From an uncultured bacterium (GTDB lineage Bacteria; T1Sed10-126): DNA of 24,622 nt. Made by a program: the position numbers and the translations under genes. The notes below the pieces were generated by a model, which searched no databases, was not told the origin of the DNA, and worked only from the letters and a program-made list of their open reading frames with translations. Below are positions 1-6,406 of the stretch, in pieces (position 1 is the stretch's first letter; every line of letters starts with the position of its first letter). The stretch is taken from NCBI GenBank assembly GCA_964566495.1, contig CAZMIT010000014.1, positions 1 through 24,622 of the forward strand, in the 5' to 3' direction.

Positions 1-2
1 GT

Positions 3-56
3 GTTCCTCTCTGGAAATGGCTGCTGGGAAAAGGGGTGCATAAAAACGTATCGTAA
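3..56 (+). CDS. 3' end of a gene truncated by the window edge, probably an AAA_14/DUF4143 ATP-binding protein
   Basis: Frame 3 reads VPLWKWLLGKGVHKNVS*. P-L-W-K-W-L-L resembles the typical C-terminus of AAA_14+DUF4143 ATPases. Only 17 codons are visible. Confidence 0.45.
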   Translation, partial: VPLWKWLLGKGVHKNVS

Positions 57-68
57 AAACGTATCGTA
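41..68. repeat. 13-bp tandem duplication (TAAAAACGTATCG x2 + TA)
   Basis: Exact copies at 41-53 and 54-66, overlapping the stop of the upstream ORF. Confidence 0.85.
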
Positions 69-168
69 CGAGGACTTTAGGAAGTAATCGAGGGGGACGG
101 AGGTAAAAACTTGAAAGTTTTGCAGAAATTGAGCCAGAACAATTTCTCTCATATTTGGCAAGCGGGAG

Positions 169-672
169 GTGATTACGATCGTTGATGACAGGGAGGAACG
201 TATCGCGGAAAAACATGGCAGCACGGGGCGGTATATCTACAAGGAAGCGGTGAAGCGGTTTCTTGAGGACGAGATAAGCCTGGAGGAAATGATGGACCGG
301 GTGATGGAGTTTGCCCGGGGCAACTGGACGCTTATTGTGGATGAAAATCGGCGAAAAGGTTTAACGGAAGCCCTGAATGCAAGACGTTATAATGCCAGTG
401 AAGTAGGTAGGCCCGGCATAAGCGACAAAGAGATTAAAGCGCGTTTCCGTCAGCGGCGTGAACGGGGAGTGTTTATAACGGTAGATCGCTCTGACTTTTC
501 GCTGGATATGGTGCCAGAAATTTTTGGACGAGGTTTGATTCTTCTACCCGATGGCGGCCAGCCCGAGCAGCAGGCAAAAGCGATAGAAAACGTGCTGATG
601 CACTGGCGCGACACTCACGGCGGAAAACCGGTAAAGGTTCGTCTGACAAAGAAAGATGTGTTGATAAATTAA
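169..672 (+). CDS. PIN-like domain protein (DUF5615/VapC45-like), putative toxin RNase; the true start may be ATG 292
   Basis: Motif order LIVDEN...L...L...GISDKEI...VFITVD.SDF...GLILL matches the DUF5615 PIN-like pattern. GGAGG at 282-286 precedes ATG 289/292. Confidence 0.6.
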   Translation: MITIVDDREERIAEKHGSTGRYIYKEAVKRFLEDEISLEEMMDRVMEFARGNWTLIVDENRRKGLTEALNARRYNASEVGRPGISDKEIKARFRQRRERGVFITVDRSDFSLDMVPEIFGRGLILLPDGGQPEQQAKAIENVLMHWRDTHGGKPVKVRLTKKDVLIN

Positions 673-900
673 ACCTATCAACTATACCGGGGAGTTGTGT
701 CCATATAATTGTGTAAATGAGGTATTGAAAAAACCGCCGTTCTTCGGAAGATTTATAGAGTGATAAAAGTGACAATTTTTGAAGGTCAAATCTCGTGACA
801 TGATCTCATCAAACTTGGCCTGACCAAACTCATCCACGATTTAACACGAGATCTGGGTATTAGATAAGTAGTGAAGCCTGTTGAGGGGGGCAAAAGTAAG

Positions 901-974
901 TGAGCCGGGTGGGATTCGAACCCACGGCCACCGGATTAAAAGTCCGATGCTCTACCGGGCTGAGCTACCGGCTC
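901..974 (-). tRNA. tRNA-Lys(UUU), CCA not encoded
   Basis: Minus strand folds as GAGCCGG/CCGGCTC acceptor, GCTC/GAGC D-arm, TCGGA-CTTTTAA-TCCGG anticodon arm and GTGGG-TTCGAAT-CCCAC T-arm. Confidence 0.96.
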
Positions 975-1135
975 GCCAGATAATTGACTATATATGATAC
1001 ATTTTTTTCCTCAGATATAAAGGTAATTGTGGGGCAACTGCCGACAATTTTGATTTAGCATGTTATTCTTGTATTTCTTTGCTTGCTGGAAAATCATTGT
1101 TGCAATTCTGAGTTAGTTATTCAAGGAGGGTTGTT

Positions 1136-1615
1136 ATGCAAACTTTTTCAAAAATACTGGTTGCGATTGATCTTTCAGAGAATTGCCTGCCTGCAATTAA
1201 GGTGGCGCTTAAAATGCAGGCTGATACGGAAGCCAAATTGACTTTTTTATACGTCTTGCCGGATGAGGGGGAGGAGGTAAGCTCCTTCCGTTCGCTTTAC
1301 AAGAAGGATATATCGGCCGATAAATTACTTGAAAATTTTGTTTATCCGCGAGTCGTGGACTGGCTTGAAGATATTGAAAAAGAGATTCCGGAGGAACATA
1401 AAATTGAAGCAAAGATTGGCAAGCCAGCCCAGCAAATACTGGAATATGCTCATGAGAATAACTTCGATTTAATTGTTACCGGGACACACGGGCGCAGTGG
1501 TTTTCAGCGCTGGTGGATAGGTTCAGTGGCTGAACGGGTTGTTCGCCAGGCGGAGTGTCCCGTGCTTACGATACGTTCCAGGGGAGAAGCTACTTCACGC
1601 ATAATTTCTAATTAG
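1136..1615 (+). CDS. Universal stress protein (UspA family)
   Basis: KILVAIDLSE N-terminus, G.PAQQI, DLIVTGTHGRSG...IGSVAERVVRQAECPVLTI. RBS AAGGAGGG. Confidence 0.93.
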   Translation: MQTFSKILVAIDLSENCLPAIKVALKMQADTEAKLTFLYVLPDEGEEVSSFRSLYKKDISADKLLENFVYPRVVDWLEDIEKEIPEEHKIEAKIGKPAQQILEYAHENNFDLIVTGTHGRSGFQRWWIGSVAERVVRQAECPVLTIRSRGEATSRIISN

Positions 1616-1731
1616 TTATTTTTTTGCGTAAATTTGTTGAGCGATAAGCGCAGTTGCTTGTTGCGGGTTGGGACCTAAGACCGGAAATTAGTAAATTTCG
1701 TTGAAAGATCCGTGGTGAGTAAATTAGAAAA

Positions 1732-1893
1732 TAGGAGATTAAGAAATTAAGAGATGAGGAGATTAGGAGAGGTCAAGCGCGGGAGACCATGAGAGCGGAA
1801 AGCCGTAGACCATAGACCGTAAAGATGGATTGCGGATCGGGGGCCGGAAGTGATCGAGCAGGCGAGCATTCGAACAGACGAGCGGGCGATGGG
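1732..1893. repeat. Degenerate 7/8-mer tandem arrays (TAGGAGAT-like x5 at 1732-1771; GACCRTA-like near 1802-1822; NCGAGCAG-like x5 at 1854-1893)
   Basis: Periodicity read directly from the sequence. Confidence 0.7.
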
Positions 1894-1948
1894 GTGAGTA
1901 AATCAAGATCAAATTCAAGATGGATTGCGGGTCAAGCCCGCAATGACG
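1826..1948. repeat. Two CGTC-type REP-like palindromes (degenerate at 1826-1854; intact TGGATTGCGGGTCAAGCCCGCAATGACG at 1921-1948)
   Basis: The 1921-1948 copy is identical over 28 bp to 3863-3890 and has an ATTGCGGG/CCCGCAAT stem. Confidence 0.85.
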
Positions 1949-2015
1949 AGCGTTGGATTAAGTTTGCAATGGCGTGCGTTGGAATGTATGGGTCTATATA
2001 CCGATAGCGAGTGAA

Positions 2016-2044
2016 TTGAAGGGAAGGGGGAAAACTGATAAAAT
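2016..2044 (+). promoter_or_regulatory. σ70-type promoter for tRNA-Ala
   Basis: TTGAAG-N17-TAAAAT with an extended -10 TG, 18 nt upstream of the tRNA. Confidence 0.65.
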
Positions 2045-2062
2045 TTATGGCAAGAAAAAAGC

Positions 2063-2135
2063 GGGGCTGTAGCTCAGTCGGGAGAGCGTCTCGTTCGCAA
2101 CGAGAAGGTCACGGGTTCGAATCCCGTCAGCTCCA
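2063..2135 (+). tRNA. tRNA-Ala(CGC), CCA not encoded
   Basis: GGGGCTG/CAGCTCC acceptor with G3:U70, anticodon arm TCTCG-TTCGCAA-CGAGA, T-loop TTCGAAT. Confidence 0.97.
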
Positions 2136-2347
2136 TTAGTGCAGATGAAAGCTAAAAGTTTAAAGTTGAAAGCTCGCCCCTAAGTTCAAAAACCGGAAAC
2201 CAAATATCAAAAAGCAGATGTAATCTGTGGGACCTGAAGCTGCGATAAGCCCTATAAATCGTCATCAGGGTAAGCATCTGTGAAGAAAATTAAGGGAGAC
2301 AGGTATGAATAGCAGAGTGGACAAACAGAGCTTTTGAGCGGACTTGC

Positions 2348-3703
2348 CTATAATTCTTTTCTTTCGATTTTATAGCCTATTTTTCTTTCAATATCTTTGA
2401 GATCGCGACGGTTGCGTGGCGTGACCAGGGTGTATGCGTCGCCGGTTTCACCGGAGCGTCCGGTGCGGCCAATGCGGTGGGTATAAACGTCTGGTTCTTC
2501 GGGGACATCATAGTTAACGACGTGGGAGATGTGTTCGACGTCGAGGCCGCGGGCGGCGACGTTGGTGGCGACGAGGATCTTAAATTTACGCCGTCGGAAG
2601 GCGGACATGGTGGCTTCACGGGCGATTTGATCCATTCCACCCTGCAGTCCGCAGGCGTCATATCCTTCGCTTCGAAGTTTTCGAGTGAGATTACGGACAG
2701 TGTTTCGAGTGCGACAGAAAACAAGAACGGAGTCGGTCTCGTTCTGTTCAAGAATTTTTTTCAAAACCTTTTGCTTTTGATTCTTTTTAGTTTCAACGAC
2801 GTAATGGGAAATAGTCTTGGTAGGGGCCTGTCGACCGACCCCAACTTTTTCCGGCTCGCTAAGGATATCGTCGGCCAACCGCTGAATCGGTTCGGGTATG
2901 GTGGCCGAGAAGAAGAGGTTTTGCCGGTCCGGTGGAAGCCGATACATGATCTTTTTAATTTCAGGGAGAAAGCCCATGTCACACATGCGATCAGCTTCAT
3001 CGAGAACAAAATGTTTAACCCGCCGCAAATAGACAGTGTTGCGTCCGAGGTGATCACGTAAACGACCGGGGCAGGCGACAAGCAGGTCGACGCGCCCCTC
3101 AAGTTGATCCATCTCCTCATAAATGTCAGTGCCGCCGTAGACGCTTTCAATGTTAAATTTACCGCCCGGGTTAAGCAGTCGCGCTTCTTTTGTAATTTGA
3201 TCGGCAAGCTCGTGAGTTGGAGCCAGAACCAAAGCGCGGGGACTGCCGTCACTGTTAGTTTCAAGCATCTGAAACAGAGGGAGCAGGAAAGCGGCTGTTT
3301 TTCCAGTTCCCGTGGGGGCAGTAGCGACCAGATCCTTTCCTTCCAGAATAGTGGGAATCGTTTCAATTTGTATGGGACGTGGTTCGCCAAACCCGGCCTC
3401 TTCAAGACTGTTTCGTAGTTCTTCGTTTAGTTCAAGCTCGGCAAAGGATAGTTGCTTTTCGTGGTGCCCATTGCCGTCGTCAGACGAGTCCTCACTTTTG
3501 TGTTCTTGGACAAGCCTAACATTTTGAGCGGCCAGCCCTTTTTTGGTGCTGGCGACGTCGAATTGGACTTCAGTACCTGGTTCAAGTTTTGTGTCAGTCT
3601 CCAGGTTTGTAACGTGGACGAAAAGATCTTCCCCTTCCTCTGGTTTGATAAAACCATAGCCTTTGCGCGGGTCGAACCATTTAACTTCACCGGTGTTGCT
3701 CAT
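2348..3703 (-). CDS. Cold-shock domain fused to a DEAD-box RNA helicase
   Basis: N-terminal CSD (GEVKWFD, KGYGFI RNP1, LFVH RNP2), then Q motif, APTGTGKT, PTHELA, DEAD, SAT, ARGLD and HRIGRTGR. Start set at ATG 3703 behind AGGAAG; the ORF track starts at 3715. Confidence 0.93.
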   Translation of the reverse strand: MSNTGEVKWFDPRKGYGFIKPEEGEDLFVHVTNLETDTKLEPGTEVQFDVASTKKGLAAQNVRLVQEHKSEDSSDDGNGHHEKQLSFAELELNEELRNSLEEAGFGEPRPIQIETIPTILEGKDLVATAPTGTGKTAAFLLPLFQMLETNSDGSPRALVLAPTHELADQITKEARLLNPGGKFNIESVYGGTDIYEEMDQLEGRVDLLVACPGRLRDHLGRNTVYLRRVKHFVLDEADRMCDMGFLPEIKKIMYRLPPDRQNLFFSATIPEPIQRLADDILSEPEKVGVGRQAPTKTISHYVVETKKNQKQKVLKKILEQNETDSVLVFCRTRNTVRNLTRKLRSEGYDACGLQGGMDQIAREATMSAFRRRKFKILVATNVAARGLDVEHISHVVNYDVPEEPDVYTHRIGRTGRSGETGDAYTLVTPRNRRDLKDIERKIGYKIERKEL

Positions 3704-3862
3704 AAAAAAATTCACTTCCTGATTAGTGTGTTTTTTTTGGTAGGACTAATAATTATAGCTTATTATTAGCTACTTGGATAGAAGAAAAGACTCTACTTAC
3801 GTCATTATGGCAGGTGGGGCGGACTTAATTCGGTTAATAAAAACCGAATACCGAACTTCACA

Positions 3863-3890
3863 TGGATTGCGGGTCAAGCCCGCAATGACG
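3863..3890. repeat. CGTC-type REP-like palindrome
   Basis: Identical to 1921-1948. Confidence 0.88.
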
Positions 3891-3996
3891 TTCGGGAGAT
3901 CAAGATCAAGTTCAAGAACATGAACAAGATTATGAGAGCTTAATGAATTTGAATTGGCTTTGCGCTTTTGGCATTGAGCTTTTAGCTGAATTAACT

Positions 3997-4045
3997 CCCC
4001 CCTCACCTGTGTCCCCTCCCTCGGGGGGAGAGGAGAAAAAGAGAG
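3997..4045. repeat. CCCTCACC...CCCTCCC/GGGAGAGG hairpin repeat; related copy at 20953-20990
   Basis: CCCCTCACCTGTGTCCCCTCCC-TCGGG-GGGAGAGGAG. The second copy reads CCCTTCAACCTGGCCCTCTCCCTCCAGTGAAGAGGGGA. Confidence 0.6.
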
Positions 4046-4130
4046 AACGCTGTGTCCTCTCCTGTAGAGTTGGAAAGTTAAAAAGTGGAAAAGTTATAAG
4101 GTAGGGAAGTTAGGAACCGGAGTTATGGGT

Positions 4131-4203
4131 TAACCCCGCCCATTTTACGAATGGGCGGCCCTTTGGGCGGCCTATGCATAGGGTTCATGCATAGGTCGGG
4201 CTA
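4131..4203 (-). repeat. Four-way-junction element, copy A
   Basis: TAACC|CCGCCCATT-ttacg-AATGGGCGG|CCC-ttt-GGG|CGGCCTATGCAT-agggttc-ATGCATAGGTCG|GGCTA. Differs at 5 of 80 positions from 18819-18898. Confidence 0.9.
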
Positions 4204-4223
4204 GATAGAGGAGAAAAAGAGAG

Positions 4224-4435
4224 GTAACCGTTTAGCGCCCCCGGGGTGTTGTGGGATTGAACGTCATTGTCCGGCTTGACCGGACAATCCAGTGGCTTTG
4301 ACGTTGACTTTAGACCTATTAAATTCAAAGCCGCTGGATTCCCGTTTCCACGGGAATGACGATCAAGACCTCACGGACGTTGTTACCGGGGCACCATTTG
4401 TTCCGAGAACCACAGTGAAGGCGCTAAATAATTAC
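4224..4435. mobile_element. MITE-like element with 16-bp imperfect terminal inverted repeats, enclosing an inverted CGTC-REP doublet (4262-4361)
   Basis: GTAACCGTTTAGCGCC (4224-4239) versus GGCGCTAAATAATTAC (4420-4435), 13/16 complementary. Internal CGTCATTGTCCGGCTTGACCGGACAATCCAG ... CTGGATTCCCGTTTCCACGGGAATGACG. Confidence 0.6.
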
Positions 4436-4569
4436 AAATCGAGAATGAGGTGTTCTTTTTCTCGGGTGGAGAGGTATTGGATCAAGTGGGAGAAAGGAAT
4501 CAAGGCGAGTGCGGGGTGAGATTTATTTTGTTATTACGTCAAAGTATTTTGACGTAGTTGCGGGCGGGA

Positions 4570-5394
4570 TTAAAATAATCGGCGTTGTTGCTGGCCGAGG
4601 CGGGCGCGGGCAGTTTCCAGGTATTCTTCGTCAATTTCAAAACCGACAAAATCAACACCAACCCGGAAAGCGGCGATAGCACTGTTGCCAATGCCCAGGA
4701 AAGGGTCAAGCACCAGGTCGGTTTTATCAAGACCGTGAAGTTTTATTGCCATCTCAGCCAGTCCGGGGGGGAAGCTGGCCGGGTGGGGGCGTTGATTCTG
4801 GCGGTCCTGTATTGTTTCATAAGGAACAAACCAGGTGTTACCGCGTCCGCGCAAATCCTCGCCGTCCTGCCAGCGGGAGACGTTGGACTTGTCCTTGTAG
4901 GGGACGCCAATTGCCTTGCGATCAATAGTAACGTCGCCCTCTTTTGTTAGATGGAAGAGGTATTCCTGGCACTGGTTGAGGAAACGGTCGCTGTTGACCG
5001 GCTTGTAATGACCGACAGTTACGTCAAGGGACTCGTCGTAGCTCTCCTGCTGGATGGCGATTGACTTGATCCAGTGGATTTCATTCTGAAGATTGAACAG
5101 ATCCCGAAGCTCAAATAAAACTTCGTGGGGAACCCAGGGATCAGTTGGTTTGGAACCAAGGTTTAAAAAGATGGAGCCCTCGTCCTTTAACACCTTTTTT
5201 ACCTCACAGGCCCAGTCCCGTATCCAGTCCAGATAATTCTCCCGTTCACTTGAATCATCGTAAGTATTGTAGTCGATATCGAGGTTGTAAGGGGGTGAGG
5301 TGACGACGACGTCAACACTTTTTGGTTGAAGTTCTTCGCTCATTGCTTCCAGGCAGTCGCGTTGGTAAAGTTGCGTTCGAGGTTGTTTTACCAT
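4570..5394 (-). CDS. Site-specific amino-DNA methyltransferase (N4-C/N6-A, β class), no adjacent restriction enzyme
   Basis: Motif IV VVVTSPPY at the N-terminus, then HPASFP and motif I LDPFLGIG...GFEIDEEY at the C-terminus. Confidence 0.92.
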   Translation of the reverse strand: MVKQPRTQLYQRDCLEAMSEELQPKSVDVVVTSPPYNLDIDYNTYDDSSERENYLDWIRDWACEVKKVLKDEGSIFLNLGSKPTDPWVPHEVLFELRDLFNLQNEIHWIKSIAIQQESYDESLDVTVGHYKPVNSDRFLNQCQEYLFHLTKEGDVTIDRKAIGVPYKDKSNVSRWQDGEDLRGRGNTWFVPYETIQDRQNQRPHPASFPPGLAEMAIKLHGLDKTDLVLDPFLGIGNSAIAAFRVGVDFVGFEIDEEYLETARARLGQQQRRLF

Positions 5395-5433
5395 GGGTAT
5401 CGCCCTGTGAGTGTGGTTTTTGTCGTGTCCATT

Positions 5434-6144
5434 TTAGTGCCGGGACGGCCGCAGGTCAAGTTCGCGCGTCCAGGCCCCGCGCGGTTGTTCGTAGAGATGA
5501 ATTATCTCCCGGGCGACATGGCGGGGATCGATAAAGGTGGAAGGGTCGCGGTCCGGTTGCTGTGTTCGTTTTTCTTCGCTGTCAATTTCACCATGTATAT
5601 TTACGGCAACCAGGTGAACGCCGCGGTCGTAGAACTCCTCGGCGAGACTGAGTGTTAAGCCGCGCAGGGCAAACTTGGAGGCGTTAAACGCGCAATGCTC
5701 GGATTGACCCTCAACTGCTCCCGGGGCAAGAATATTAGCTATAAAGCCCCCACCGATTTCAGCCATCTTGGGAAGCAGCTCGCGGGTTAAAATAAAGGGA
5801 CCGCGGCAGTTGACGTCCATGTGTTTTTCAAAAGTCTTCAGGTCAGTATCTTCAAGGGGGGCGGGCTTGTAATGGCCGGCGTTGTTGATAAGAACGGAGA
5901 TGGGAGGCCATTGTTTTGGTATGGCGTCGGATATTTTCCGAAGAGTTTTTGGTTTGTGAAAGTCAATTGGCAGGGCGACACTGTCTCCAGGCTCCTGTTC
6001 GTTGAATTCATCGGCCAGCTCGTTCAGCCGGTCCATATTGCGGGCACAGAGGAGCGTGTTAAAGCCATAATTGGTAAGGGCGCGGCTGATATGTTCGCCA
6101 AGCCCGCGAGAAGCTCCGGTGATCAACGCAGTTTTATTAAACAG
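5434..6144 (-). CDS. Short-chain dehydrogenase/reductase (SDR); start uncertain (TTG 6126 or CTG 6144)
   Basis: TGASRGLG, INNAG and FNASK at the YxxxK position. In-frame LFNKTA precedes LITG. Confidence 0.85.
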   Translation of the reverse strand: MFNKTALITGASRGLGEHISRALTNYGFNTLLCARNMDRLNELADEFNEQEPGDSVALPIDFHKPKTLRKISDAIPKQWPPISVLINNAGHYKPAPLEDTDLKTFEKHMDVNCRGPFILTRELLPKMAEIGGGFIANILAPGAVEGQSEHCAFNASKFALRGLTLSLAEEFYDRGVHLVAVNIHGEIDSEEKRTQQPDRDPSTFIDPRHVAREIIHLYEQPRGAWTRELDLRPSRH

Positions 6145-6283
6145 TGGGCAACACCTACCTTCTTGAATTAAAAGGATTTTACAACAAAATATCTTTTACG
6201 GCAAGAGCTGAGCCTGGACATAACCGGGGGAAGGGAGGATTTGATGCCAGATAGAATTAGGGGTGACGTGGGTAAAACCGTGA

Positions 6284-6328
6284 TGTGAAAAATTTCACCT
6301 TGCAATTGGCAAATATGTGACTTACACT
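6284..6328 (+). promoter_or_regulatory. σ70 promoter (TTGCAA-N17-TACACT) with an adjacent palindromic operator TGTGA-N6-TCACC
   Basis: -35 at 6300-6305, -10 at 6323-6328, palindrome at 6284-6299. Confidence 0.55.
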
Positions 6329-6406
6329 TGAATTAGGCTGAGTTAAAAAATAATCTAAAAGTGGGTTAATTCAACTTCAATTTCGTTAGCATCTCTGGAG
6401 GAGATT

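Noticed and set aside
2240..2275. Hammerhead ribozyme (CTGATGA on the minus strand)
   Set aside because: The GAAA after stem II is missing.
4131..4203. Cloverleaf as a tRNA or tRNA pseudogene
   Set aside because: No D-loop GG, no TTC T-loop, no 7-nt anticodon loop, and no unpaired junction bases.
1732..4435. CRISPR array
   Set aside because: No constant direct repeats with regular unique spacers, and no cas genes.
1825..4519. Short ORFs 1825-2007, 3797-4006 and 4292-4519 (also 20765-20947)
   Set aside because: They run through REP and tandem repeats and have no convincing RBS or recognisable domain; probably spurious.
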